Origin: an uncultured Clostridia bacterium
GTDB lineage: Bacteria > Bacillota > Clostridia > Christensenellales > UBA3700
Reading direction: 5' to 3'
Assembly: GCA_944381275.1 (NCBI GenBank)
Contig: CALWKO010000002.1
Span: 14,436-78,435, forward strand
DNA length: 64,000 nt
Part shown: in pieces, positions 36,064-45,032 of the stretch
Layout of the letters: every line of letters starts with the position of its first letter
Numbering within the stretch: position 1 is the first letter of the stretch
Program-made: the position numbers and the translations under genes
The notes under the pieces: model-generated
The model's database searches: none
Told to the model about the DNA's origin: nothing
The model's input: the letters and a program-made list of their open reading frames with translations, nothing else

Positions 36064-37275
36064 TTATTTGCCGAACACCACGTCGCGCGTGTCGCGAGCG
36101 ATGACGATTTCCTCGTTTGTGGGGACGATGAGCATCTTCACCTTAGAATCCTTCTTGCTTATCTCGGCTATCTCGCCGCGAGGAGCTTCTTCGGAAGCTT
36201 CTTTATCGTACTCCGCGCCCAAAAACTCCATGTTCGGGCAGATGTCGTTGCGCGCGTCGGCGGAATTTTCGCCTATGCCTCCCGTGAAGATGATGGCGTC
36301 GAGTCCGTTCATGGCAGCGGCAAAGCCGCCGATTATCTTCCTTATTTGGTAGCCGAACACGTCCATGGCGAGGCGGGCTTTTTCGTCGCCTTCACGTATA
36401 AGGCGGTATATATCCCTGCAATCGGAATAGCCGCAATATCCCACAAAGCCGCACTTCTTGTTCAAATAGTAGAGGGTTTCATCCACGCTCATGCCGCGCT
36501 TTTTACCCAAATAGTCCACGATAAAGGGGTCCACGCTGCCGCTCCTCGTGCCCATCAGCATGCCTGCCAAGGGAGTCATGCCCATGGAAGTATCCACGCA
36601 TTTGCCGTCTTTAACCGCGGTGATGGAGGAACCGTTGCCCAAATGGCAGGTGATTATCTTGCCCGCAGGCAATCCGCGCTGAGTGAGGTATTCTATCGCC
36701 TTGGCGCTCACATAGCGGTGAGATGCGCCGTGGAAGCCGTACTTGCGCACATGATATTTTTCGTAATCTTCGTATGCCACGCCGTACATATACGCCTGAG
36801 GGGGCATGGTGGAGTGGAAATACGTATCGAAAACGCCCACATTGGGCACACCGGGCATGACCTTCATGCATGAGCGCACGCAGCTTACGTTTGCGGGCAT
36901 ATGCAGGGGCGCGAGATCTCTGTCCGCATAAAGGCTGTCCAGCTTGGCGTCGTCGAGAAGGCAAGGAGCGCTGCCGCCCGTGCCCGAGTGCACAAACCTG
37001 TGCCCCACTGCGGCAATTTCAGAAACAGAGCTTATCACGCCGTACTTTTCGTCCGTGAGCAGTTGCATGAGCTGATTGAACGCTTCGGTGTGGTCGGCGA
37101 GCTCCACGCGCTTTTTGATCGTGCCGTGAATGCCCTCGTGCTTGATATTTTCCGTTTCGAAACCTGTCAAACCTATGCGCTCGATGCCTCCCTTGCAGAG
37201 CACCGATTCATCCGTCATTTCTATGAGCTGATATTTCAGCGAAGAACTGCCGGCGTTTACCGTTAAAATCTTCAT
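36064..37275 (-). CDS. ackA: Acetate kinase
   Basis: Start taken at ATG 37275 (MKILTVNAGSSSLKYQL), which overlaps the pta stop by 1 nt. The track start at 37359 lies inside pta. Contains GHRFVHSG, FDTYFH, YGFHGASH and FTGGIGEN. Confidence 0.95.
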   Translation of the reverse strand: MKILTVNAGSSSLKYQLIEMTDESVLCKGGIERIGLTGFETENIKHEGIHGTIKKRVELADHTEAFNQLMQLLTDEKYGVISSVSEIAAVGHRFVHSGTGGSAPCLLDDAKLDSLYADRDLAPLHMPANVSCVRSCMKVMPGVPNVGVFDTYFHSTMPPQAYMYGVAYEDYEKYHVRKYGFHGASHRYVSAKAIEYLTQRGLPAGKIITCHLGNGSSITAVKDGKCVDTSMGMTPLAGMLMGTRSGSVDPFIVDYLGKKRGMSVDETLYYLNKKCGFVGYCGYSDCRDIYRLIREGDEKARLAMDVFGYQIRKIIGGFAAAMNGLDAIIFTGGIGENSADARNDICPNMEFLGAEYDKEASEEAPRGEIAEISKKDSKVKMLIVPTNEEIVIARDTRDVVFGK

Positions 37276-38288
37276 TACTTTTTCTCCCCTTTTATGTCGT
37301 TTTGCTGAGCCTGCACGGCGGTGATCGCCACAACAGACACTATGTCGTCCACACTGCACCCGCGGGATAAGTCGTTCACGGGTTTTGCAAAGCCTTGGCA
37401 GATGGGTCCGATGGCTTCCGCACCCGAGAAACGCTGCACAAGCTTGTAGCCGATATTGCCCGCTTCCAGCGAGGGGAAGATGAGCACGTTGGCGTTGCCC
37501 GCAACGGGTGAATCGGGCGCTTTAAGGCGCGCGACGGAAGGAATTATAGCCGCGTCCACCTGCAACTCACCGTCGATGAGCAGTTCGGGATGCGCGTACT
37601 TTACGAAGTTGGTAGCGGCAACCACCTTGTCCACCTCCTCGTGCTTTGCGCTGCCCTTGGTGGAGAAGGAGAGCATGGCTATCCTAGGTTCGATCCCCGC
37701 CATCAGCTTTGCCGTCTGCGCGGAAGCAACAGCTATATCTGCAAGCTGCTGGGCGGTGGGTGCGATGTTCACCGCGCTGTCGCCGAACACCATTACATGC
37801 CTGTCCTTCATCTGCGTTTCGTCGAGGCACATGATAAAGCAGCTGCTCACCGTCCTGATGCCGGGAGCCGTCTTGATTATCTGCAGGCCTGCCCTGAGCA
37901 CGTTGCCCGTGGCGTTTATCGCGCCCGCAACCATGCCGTCGGCAACGCCCTTTCTCACCATCATCGCGCCGTAGAAGAGCGGATTTTTCATGGTGAGGCG
38001 AGCCTGTTCCATGGTCATTCCCTTGGACTTGCGCAGCTCGTAGTATTCGTTGATGTAGTCTTCGTTATCTCCGGCAAGAGGGTTTACTATCGTGATGTTC
38101 TTGCTTTTGAAGTTGGGGTACATATCCTTTATCTTGGCTTCGTCGCCCAAAAGGATAAGTTTTGCAATGCTCTTGGCGGCTATAACTTGCGAAGCCGCTA
38201 CGGTGCGGGGCTCTTCACCTTCCGCCAAAACTATGGTTTTGACGTTGTGCTGCGCCTTGGCTATGATGTCTTCGATTACCTTGCTCAC
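37275..38288 (-). CDS. pta: Phosphate acetyltransferase
   Basis: Start reassigned to GTG 38288 (VSKVIEDIIAKAQ), preceded by GGAGG 5 nt upstream. The track ATG at 38366 coincides with the -35 box of the promoter. Contains IVLAEGEEPRT, the GMVAGA region and PVNDLSRG. Confidence 0.92.
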   Translation of the reverse strand: MSKVIEDIIAKAQHNVKTIVLAEGEEPRTVAASQVIAAKSIAKLILLGDEAKIKDMYPNFKSKNITIVNPLAGDNEDYINEYYELRKSKGMTMEQARLTMKNPLFYGAMMVRKGVADGMVAGAINATGNVLRAGLQIIKTAPGIRTVSSCFIMCLDETQMKDRHVMVFGDSAVNIAPTAQQLADIAVASAQTAKLMAGIEPRIAMLSFSTKGSAKHEEVDKVVAATNFVKYAHPELLIDGELQVDAAIIPSVARLKAPDSPVAGNANVLIFPSLEAGNIGYKLVQRFSGAEAIGPICQGFAKPVNDLSRGCSVDDIVSVVAITAVQAQQNDIKGEKK

Positions 38289-38337
38289 TTTGTGCCTCCG
38301 AAATCGCTTTATTTTATCGTGCGATAATGCTATACTA

Positions 38338-38366
38338 ATTATATAACATTGCAAAAATATTTGCAA
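38338..38366 (-). promoter_or_regulatory. Perfect-consensus sigma-70 promoter (TTGCAA-17-TATAAT) for pta-ackA. The -35 lies inside the palindrome TTGCAAA-AATA-TTTGCAA
   Basis: The minus strand reads TTGCAA, then ATATTTTTGCAATGTTA (17 nt), then TATAAT. The 7-bp inverted repeat TTGCAAA/TTTGCAA (38349-38366) spans the -35 and part of the spacer. Confidence 0.7.
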
Positions 38367-38386
38367 AAGGATTTAGGGATAAATAA

Positions 38387-39520
38387 TTGAAAATTGCGGC
38401 GGTTATATGTGAATTTAATCCTTTTCATAACGGTCACGTCCACCTTTTAAGCGAAATTAAGGCAAAGGGCGGCCGTCAGACAGTATGCGTGATGAGCGGA
38501 AACGTCACTCAGCGCGGCAAACTCGCATGTGCGGACAAGTACACGCGCGCAGAACACGCGGTGAAAGGCGGCGCGGACATGGTAGTTGAACTGCCTGCGG
38601 AATTTGCCTGCGCCCCCGCGGAGATATTCGCCCTGGGCGGAGTGAAGACGGCTCGGCTGTGTGGCGCGGATGAACTCTGGTTCGGAAGCGAATGCGGCGA
38701 CATGGGACTTTTAAGGGCGGCGGCGCAGCTCACCTCCCCTTCTAACGTCCCCTATCAAAAAAGGGTGAAGGAGATCTTGGAAGAAGGCGTATCCTACCCC
38801 GTAGCCATGCAGCGCGCGGCGCGCGAATTTGCCGACGAGAAGGTGGCGGAAGTGCTCGCTTCCCCCAACAACATGCTGGGCGTGGAATACGTCCGCGCAA
38901 CGGAAAAATTGGGGTGCAATATGCAGCTTTTTACCATTCCCCGCCTGTCGTCTTCCCACCAAAGCGAGGAGCTTGAAGGGGGCATATCCTCTTCAAAAGC
39001 CATACGCCGCGCCGCCGCCGAAGGAGAGATAGAAAAAGCCGCGCAAGCCGTGCCCGACTTCGTCTTTCCCGTGCTCTCTTATAAGGACCCTTCCGCCGGT
39101 TTTATCGCGATTTTGAAAAAGACCGTCCTCACCTGCGACATCAAGCATATCTTTGATATGGGCGAGGGATTGGACAACAAGATAAAAAAACTCGCTTTGA
39201 CGGCGTCTTCACAGGACGAACTCGCGCTTTCCGTAAAGTCGAAGCGCTATACTTTCGCCAGGATAAACAGGCTGCTCATGAGTATAGCCTTGAACAACAC
39301 CTTCACCGCCGCGCGGCTTAAAGAGTGCGTGATAAGTTATATAAACGTGCTCGCGGTAAGACGGGAGAGCCGCCACCTGCTGCGCACGCTCGCGCGCCCC
39401 GCCGTCACCCGACCGAGGGATCGCGTTCGGCTGAACATTCCCCCCTGCCTTACAGACAGCGCCGATCTGCTCTTTAAGTGCTGTGCTTACGATTACGATG
39501 ATAAAATGCGGCTTGTATGA
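38387..39520 (+). CDS. tmcAL: tRNA(Met) cytidine acetate ligase (TmcAL / YlbM, UPF0348 nucleotidyltransferase)
   Basis: 377 aa with a TTG start. AAVICEFNPFHNGHVHLL is the HxGH nucleotidyltransferase motif. Also contains VCVMSGNVTQRG, VELP and PNNMLGVEY. It aligns by eye with B. subtilis YlbM. Confidence 0.85.
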   Translation: MKIAAVICEFNPFHNGHVHLLSEIKAKGGRQTVCVMSGNVTQRGKLACADKYTRAEHAVKGGADMVVELPAEFACAPAEIFALGGVKTARLCGADELWFGSECGDMGLLRAAAQLTSPSNVPYQKRVKEILEEGVSYPVAMQRAAREFADEKVAEVLASPNNMLGVEYVRATEKLGCNMQLFTIPRLSSSHQSEELEGGISSSKAIRRAAAEGEIEKAAQAVPDFVFPVLSYKDPSAGFIAILKKTVLTCDIKHIFDMGEGLDNKIKKLALTASSQDELALSVKSKRYTFARINRLLMSIALNNTFTAARLKECVISYINVLAVRRESRHLLRTLARPAVTRPRDRVRLNIPPCLTDSADLLFKCCAYDYDDKMRLV

Positions 39521-39537
39521 CCCGCTTATAAAATGAA

Positions 39538-39565
39538 GGGAAGGCGCACGCCTTCCCTTTTTTTT
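39538..39565. terminator. Bidirectional Rho-independent terminator between tmcAL (+) and the M60-like gene (-)
   Basis: GGGAAGGCG-CA-CGCCTTCCC is followed by T8 on the plus strand. On the minus strand, the sequence downstream of the stem supplies only a weak U-rich tail (TTCATTTTAT). Confidence 0.85.
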
Positions 39566-39582
39566 GATCGATTTTTTACCAT

Positions 39583-42500
39583 TTATTCCGCGCCTTGTCC
39601 GCTTGATTCCGCCGCATCGCCTTCTTGTGCGGAGGGCTCGTCTGCGGGCGGCTGCTTTTTATCCTTCTTGCTTCCGCCCTTCTTCTTGTGCTTGTTCCTG
39701 TAATCCAAAACGGCGCACACCGCCACGCCCACGGCCACTATGGCAAGGATGATAAATAGGTAGTAGGGATTGAAGGGCGCGCTCACGTTGGACGGATCGT
39801 ACTCCCCTTCGGAATACGCCAAAGCGTCGATATTTATCGTGTCGTCCCCCTTGGCTTCCAGCCTTATCGTGTGGTTCCCCACCTCGTCCAGCTTGGCATA
39901 GAACACCACCGCCTGATACACATAGGCTTCGGAAGTGAGGGAGATTTCCGCATACTTCTTGCCGTCGATGTATATCACCGCGTTCCCGTACACGGGCGCC
40001 GTGGTGGACATGACCGCCACTTCGTCGCCGTAGAAATTATATTCGGCATAGGCGTTATCGCCCTTGTTCTGCGCCACGCTTCCGTTTACGCTCACGCCGC
40101 CCGTCATGCGCGACCAATTGCCCTCATACCAAATATCGCCGCTGGTGTGGGGCACGAACGTACAGTTATCTATCGTATTGCCCGCCTCTATCTCACGTAT
40201 TTCCAAGGTGCCGCTGCCGGTGAAGGTGAGCCTTATGGCGGAAAATTCCCCGTCCGCGCTAAGTTCCGCATTGCCGGTAAGCCCGCTCTTTAAGGTCGTC
40301 CACTCCCCGCCGAGCACCTCCACGGAATAGGTTACCCCTCTTGTCCCAGCATATACTCTGATATAGTCGAGCTGAGTTTTGTCAAATTCAAGCGTATAGC
40401 TCCCCTGCGACTGAGTGCTAAGCGCGTATACGCTCGACATACCCAAATCGCCGTCGAGTACGGCTCCCCTCTCGCCGGACACCGCCTCCGCGTCGCCGCC
40501 CAAACTGCCCGACCACGCCGAAGTGTCCGCCTTCATATATAAGGTATCGGGATAGGCAAGCCCCTGCAGGGAAACTTGGGGAGAAGTGTATTCCATCTGC
40601 TGGCTTTTGGACGTGCCGGGGAAGGACATATACTCCGCCGCCACCTGTTCGTATTCCCCGCCGTCCTTGGACACATACAGCTCTACGCCGTTGGATATGC
40701 CGGGCTGGAGCAAGAATATTTCAAAGCGGTATACATAGCCTGCCTTTAACTCCTCGGTATGGCTGAGCAGTCCCAAAGCGGGCACGGGTACATAGTTGGC
40801 AAACATGGTGAATTCATAGTCGCCCACGCCGAAGTCCACACGATAATAGCAAAAGCCTGTATCGGAATTTATCATGCTGAAATTATATACGCCGTCCTCT
40901 TGCACTTCGAAGTTGAAGGAGGTAACGGAGAAGGTGTACTTATCGTTTGCCATCTCTTCCCCTTCATAGGCGCCCGCTCCGCAATCCGCCGTACCCAACG
41001 AGCGGGTGTATTCCGGAGTGTAATCGGTATATATATCCACGGCGTTGTCGAAAGCGTCCTGCGTTATCGCCCCGTTTACCGTATCGAGCGGCAGAGAGGT
41101 GTAAAGGCTGTACGCCGCGGCGTTCACATTCAAACTTATGTCGCCGTAAGAGACAAACTCCGCGCTTTTGCCACCCACTTCCGCCGTTACGGTGAGGGTA
41201 TAGCCGTCGCGCACGTTTTCGGAAAGAGCGGTATAGTAATATCCGTCCTCCCTCTTTTCCCAGCCGTTGCTGCCCAGCACGGATACATCCGTTACCGTAC
41301 CGCCGTATATTATCGTCTTGCTTGCAAAGTCCACGCGGTGCGTATCTCCCGCATACACCTTATAGCCGTTTTGTTCGTTTTGATCGCGCACCGTGCGGGT
41401 ATAGTAGTTAAATGCGGGGATATATTCCTTCGTTTCGGCATATTCCTCGCCTAAAGTCACGCTCTCCCCGATCATGTCGGAGATGAACGCGCTCGCGTTT
41501 ACGCCGAAGACTTCCGCCGCGTTATTTGCTATCTCGACCGCGGTCACGCCCGAAGTGAACAGCGCTATAAAATCGTTGGAAAGTTCCGTGCCGCCGCTGT
41601 GCATAAGGCAGAGCATTACGTCGAGCAAGGGATTGTCGCTCATGCCCGAGATCATCTTATTCAAAACGGCATAACCGTTGGAAAAATACAAATCTGCCTG
41701 CGCGCCCGCACCGCTTTCGTCGTAGATGACAAAGGAATCTTTGAACATCATATAGGCGTTGTATGCCGCAAGCGTGCCCAAGAGTTCCCCGTCCTGCCTT
41801 TCCCCGGCGAGCGACGCACCCACCTTTTTAAGGACGGAAAGTCCCGCCGGAGTGTTTGTGAGAGAGGAATAGGAGAACGCCCCTTCCATATCTTCCGCAG
41901 TCAAGTTTACGTCCGTTTCCCCGTTGGATAGAGAGGTGAAGTAAGCCTTTACCGGCTGAATGTTCCCGTCCGTGCGGGAAGCGGAAAGCGCGCTTGCGGT
42001 ATAGCCCACTGCCGAGCGCCACCAGGACATAACGCTTTTAAGCGAAGTTGCGTCCTTTAATTGCGACGCGGGAACGTAAAAGCGGACGTTGCCGCAATCA
42101 AGCGGTATGAGCATATCCCCGTAAACTGTCAAATCGCCCAAATCGTCGGAGGAATCCAGCCCGTAGCGGTAAAAGGGCGCGGGCATGGCTCCGCTTATCG
42201 AAATTTCTATGGGATTGAGATTGTCGCTCACACTGCTCTCGCCTATGTTGTAGAGCAATATGCCACCCTTATTGCAAGTGATGACGTTGCGGCTGCGCAT
42301 GAGCGGTTCTGTGTGTACGACGCTGCCGTCGCTCCCTATCACAGACACGGAAGATTCGTATGTCACCGTGGAAGAAGGAATCGTTACCGTCACGCTCTCC
42401 CCCGCCGGGACGTAAAGCCCCGTGATATGCGAGCCGGCGATCCTATTATCCGCCACGATCTTTTTATCCGCGCGCGGCATATCCTTAAATTCAACGGCAT

Positions 42501-42666
42501 TTGAGGGCGCGGAATATTGCGACGTATAGGTCATGCCGTCGCCGTAAAATTCCTCCACCACGCCCGAATACACCGATTCGAGCTCCGTACCCGAACATGC
42601 CGCCAGCAACAGCGAGCAGGCAAGCACCGCGAGCACGGTTATAATTATCGCCGCCTTCTTTCTCAT
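39583..42666 (-). CDS. Large surface protein with lipobox, M60-like/enhancin-like N-terminal region lacking HEXXH, PA14-like, discoidin-like and CBM-like modules, and a C-terminal TM anchor
   Basis: Start moved to ATG 42666 (MRKKAAIIITVLAVLACSLLLAAC). GSHITGLYVPAGESVTVTIP resembles the M60-like N-domain. No HExxH occurs anywhere in the 1027 aa. The C-terminal part has the pattern Y.GNW...G...F.G..V......G.A.IYIDG......L......Q.V.......GNHTIRLE..G...I.IDA, typical of CBM modules. It ends with the TM helix YYLFIILAIVAVGVAVCAVL plus a Lys-rich and then acidic tail. Confidence 0.75.
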   Translation of the reverse strand: MRKKAAIIITVLAVLACSLLLAACSGTELESVYSGVVEEFYGDGMTYTSQYSAPSNAVEFKDMPRADKKIVADNRIAGSHITGLYVPAGESVTVTIPSSTVTYESSVSVIGSDGSVVHTEPLMRSRNVITCNKGGILLYNIGESSVSDNLNPIEISISGAMPAPFYRYGLDSSDDLGDLTVYGDMLIPLDCGNVRFYVPASQLKDATSLKSVMSWWRSAVGYTASALSASRTDGNIQPVKAYFTSLSNGETDVNLTAEDMEGAFSYSSLTNTPAGLSVLKKVGASLAGERQDGELLGTLAAYNAYMMFKDSFVIYDESGAGAQADLYFSNGYAVLNKMISGMSDNPLLDVMLCLMHSGGTELSNDFIALFTSGVTAVEIANNAAEVFGVNASAFISDMIGESVTLGEEYAETKEYIPAFNYYTRTVRDQNEQNGYKVYAGDTHRVDFASKTIIYGGTVTDVSVLGSNGWEKREDGYYYTALSENVRDGYTLTVTAEVGGKSAEFVSYGDISLNVNAAAYSLYTSLPLDTVNGAITQDAFDNAVDIYTDYTPEYTRSLGTADCGAGAYEGEEMANDKYTFSVTSFNFEVQEDGVYNFSMINSDTGFCYYRVDFGVGDYEFTMFANYVPVPALGLLSHTEELKAGYVYRFEIFLLQPGISNGVELYVSKDGGEYEQVAAEYMSFPGTSKSQQMEYTSPQVSLQGLAYPDTLYMKADTSAWSGSLGGDAEAVSGERGAVLDGDLGMSSVYALSTQSQGSYTLEFDKTQLDYIRVYAGTRGVTYSVEVLGGEWTTLKSGLTGNAELSADGEFSAIRLTFTGSGTLEIREIEAGNTIDNCTFVPHTSGDIWYEGNWSRMTGGVSVNGSVAQNKGDNAYAEYNFYGDEVAVMSTTAPVYGNAVIYIDGKKYAEISLTSEAYVYQAVVFYAKLDEVGNHTIRLEAKGDDTINIDALAYSEGEYDPSNVSAPFNPYYLFIILAIVAVGVAVCAVLDYRNKHKKKGGSKKDKKQPPADEPSAQEGDAAESSGQGAE

Positions 42667-42673
42667 ATAGTTA

Positions 42674-42702
42674 ATTATAACACAAGCGCGCGCAAATAAC
42701 AA
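42674..42702 (-). promoter_or_regulatory. Sigma-70-type promoter (TTGTTA-17-TATAAT, extended TG) ending 7 nt before the M60-like ATG
   Basis: The minus strand reads TTGTTA, then TTTGCGCGCGCTTGTGT (17 nt), then TATAAT, TAACTAT and ATG. There is no SD. Confidence 0.6.
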
Positions 42703-42737
42703 TATAATCAAGTGCGTTTTGTTTACAATTGTGCTAG

Positions 42738-42766
42738 TTTACAATCGGATGCAATCGCGCTATAAT
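42738..42766 (+). promoter_or_regulatory. Sigma-70-type promoter (TTTACA-17-TATAAT) ending 6 nt before the dinB ATG
   Basis: The plus strand reads TTTACA, then ATCGGATGCAATCGCGC (17 nt), then TATAAT, ATAGAT and ATG. There is no SD. Confidence 0.65.
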
Positions 42767-42772
42767 ATAGAT

Positions 42773-44014
42773 ATGAAGACCATTCTGCATTGCGATGCCA
42801 ACAATTTTTATGCCTCGGTAGAATGCATAGGGCGCCCCGATCTGCAGGGAGTCCCCGTCGCCGTGTGCGGAGATCCGCAAAAGCGGCACGGGATCATATT
42901 GGCAAAGAACAACATCGCAAAAAAATGCGGAGTGAAGACGGCGGAAACGATAAACGAAGCGCTTAACAAATGCCCCGACTTAAAACTTGTGGCGCCGCAT
43001 TTTGAAAAATACGTGGCAATTTCCAATCAGATATTCGACATATACAAGGAGTATACCGACAGGGTCGAGCCTTTCGGCATAGACGAAGGCTGGCTGGACG
43101 TGACCCCGTCGGTAAAGCTCTTCGGTCAAGGGGCGAAGATAGCCGACGAGCTGAGGACAAGGATCAAAAAAGACCTCGGCTTGACCATATCGGTGGGAGT
43201 ATCCTTCACCAAGATATTCGCAAAGCTGGGCTCGGACATGAAAAAGCCGGACGCCACCACCGTCATCTCAAAAGAAAATTACAAGCAGAAGATATGGCCG
43301 CTTGCGGCAAACGAGATGCTCATGGTGGGCAGGCACACCTATGCCGCACTGCTCTCCTTGGGAATACACACGATAGGCGATCTTGCCAATGCGGATGAAA
43401 AATTGCTGATGAAGAAGATGGGGATAAACGGCGCAAAGCTCATCTCCTACGCTCGCGGCGAAGAGGGCGAGGACGTGCGCGAATACTATAACGGCCGCGT
43501 ACACAAGAGCATAGGCCACTCCACCACCATGCCCAAGGACGTGAGCACGCGCGAAGAATGCGCCGCGGTGATAACCGCCCTGAGCGAGATGGTGGCGGCG
43601 CGCCTAAGGAAAGCAGGTTCAAAGGCTTCCGGCGTTTCGGTATCGCTGCGCTATAACGACCTCACTCACCGTTCGCGCCAATGTCTCATCTCCCCCGCCA
43701 CCGACTCCGCGGGCAGGATTGCGGAAGAAAGCCTCGCTCTGCTCGACACCTTCTACCGCGAAGGGCGGGACAAGCCCCTGCGCGGCTTGGGCGTTTCCGT
43801 ATTCGACTTAAACGAGGAAGGGGACGCGGTTCAGGCGAGCCTATTTGACTTGCAAAATGATAACAAGAAGACCTCGGGTTTGGCTCGGTCGATAGACGCC
43901 ATCCGCTCGAAATACGGCTTCGACTCCATAAAGAGCGCGACTTTGATAAAAAACATGTGCATTTGCGACGATTTGGACGGGGACAGCGACTTTCTCCCTT
44001 TCAACAAGCATTGA
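42773..44014 (+). CDS. dinB: DNA polymerase IV (Y-family)
   Basis: Start taken at ATG 42773 (MKTILHCDANNFYASVE), which matches the canonical Y-family N-terminus. Also contains FGIDEGWLDV and SVGVSFTKIFAKLGSDMKKP. Confidence 0.92.
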   Translation: MKTILHCDANNFYASVECIGRPDLQGVPVAVCGDPQKRHGIILAKNNIAKKCGVKTAETINEALNKCPDLKLVAPHFEKYVAISNQIFDIYKEYTDRVEPFGIDEGWLDVTPSVKLFGQGAKIADELRTRIKKDLGLTISVGVSFTKIFAKLGSDMKKPDATTVISKENYKQKIWPLAANEMLMVGRHTYAALLSLGIHTIGDLANADEKLLMKKMGINGAKLISYARGEEGEDVREYYNGRVHKSIGHSTTMPKDVSTREECAAVITALSEMVAARLRKAGSKASGVSVSLRYNDLTHRSRQCLISPATDSAGRIAEESLALLDTFYREGRDKPLRGLGVSVFDLNEEGDAVQASLFDLQNDNKKTSGLARSIDAIRSKYGFDSIKSATLIKNMCICDDLDGDSDFLPFNKH

Positions 44015-44034
44015 CAAGAAGATGAAAAAGACTA

Positions 44035-44057
44035 AGGGCGGCTTTTACAGCCGCCCT
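44035..44057. terminator. Hairpin between convergent dinB (+) and galU (-)
   Basis: AGGGCGGC-TTTTACA-GCCGCCCT is an 8-bp GC stem. The minus-strand version is followed by TAGTCTTTTTC. The plus-strand tail is weaker. Confidence 0.6.
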
Positions 44058-44079
44058 AGCAATGCTGTTTTATTTACGT

Positions 44080-44967
44080 TCACAGTTTTTTCGCAAGTTC
44101 CTTGATATAAGGGGTGAGCTTGGGGGACAGAGTGCCGTCGCGCAGGGCGTACTCTATCGTGGCGCGCACAAAGCCGAACTTGTCGCCCACGTCGTACCTC
44201 TCCCCTTCCATATCGTAAGCGTACGCGCCGGAAGTCCTTGCTATTATCTCGATGGCGTCGGTGAGGTAGGTTTCGCCGTTGTCGTGCGGCTTAAGCGTCT
44301 TGATTATGTCGAAGATCTCGGGCGTGAACACGAACCTGCCCATGCTGGCGAGCAAAGAAGGCGCGGTGCCGGGCGACGGCTTTTCCACAATGCCGTTGAT
44401 GCGGGTATACCTGCCCTTGATGGGGCCGGGATTTATCATGCCGTACTTATCGGCGTCCTCCTTCTTCACCGTCTGGCAGCCCAAGATGGTGCAGCCCGTT
44501 TCTTCATACGCGTCGATGAGCTGCTTTAACGCAGGGCGCTTGTCGGGCACTTCTTTGGTATACATGAGGTCGTCGCCGAAGAGGACGGCAAAGGGTTCGC
44601 CGCCTATAAACGCCTCCGCTTCCAGCACCGCGTTGGCAGAGCCGTTCATCTCTTTTTGCCTAATGTAGTGGATATGCGCCATGTTGGCGATGTCCCTTAT
44701 CTGCTGCAGATAATCGTACTTACCCGTCTTTACAAGCAGCTGTTCCAGCTCCACGGCGATATCGAAGTGATCTTCTATGCACTTCTTGTTCTTGCCCAAA
44801 ATGATGAGTATCTCCCTCACTCCGCTGTTCACCGCCTCTTCCACCACATATTGCAAGGTGGGGGTGTCCACGATGGGCAGCATCTCTTTGGGCAGAGCCT
44901 TGGTGGCAGGTAAAAATCTGGTTCCGAATCCCGCTGCGGGGATAACTGCTTTTCTTACTTGAGTCAT
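44080..44967 (-). CDS. galU: UTP--glucose-1-phosphate uridylyltransferase
   Basis: 295 aa. Contains KAVIPAAGFGTRFLPATKALPKEMLPIVD, the GalU signature, and VEKP. Confidence 0.93.
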   Translation of the reverse strand: MTQVRKAVIPAAGFGTRFLPATKALPKEMLPIVDTPTLQYVVEEAVNSGVREILIILGKNKKCIEDHFDIAVELEQLLVKTGKYDYLQQIRDIANMAHIHYIRQKEMNGSANAVLEAEAFIGGEPFAVLFGDDLMYTKEVPDKRPALKQLIDAYEETGCTILGCQTVKKEDADKYGMINPGPIKGRYTRINGIVEKPSPGTAPSLLASMGRFVFTPEIFDIIKTLKPHDNGETYLTDAIEIIARTSGAYAYDMEGERYDVGDKFGFVRATIEYALRDGTLSPKLTPYIKELAKKL

Positions 44968-44997
44968 TTTCTTCTCCCTTAACTTAGTCCTGCTACC

Positions 44998-45026
44998 ATT
45001 ATACTACATTTTTTAAGCGATTTCAA
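44998..45026 (-). promoter_or_regulatory. Sigma-70 promoter (TTGAAA-17-TATAAT) for galU
   Basis: The minus strand reads TTGAAA, then TCGCTTAAAAAATGTAG (17 nt), then TATAAT. It lies 30 nt upstream of the ATG and its GGGAGAAG SD, and begins 6 nt after the thrC stop. Confidence 0.7.
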
Positions 45027-45032
45027 TACCGA

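Noticed and set aside
42703-42772. LexA (Cheo) box upstream of dinB
   Set aside because: No GAAC-N4-GTTC or CGAACN4GTTCG is present. Only a GTTTACAAT direct repeat and an ACAATTGT palindrome are seen, and neither matches the known LexA consensus.
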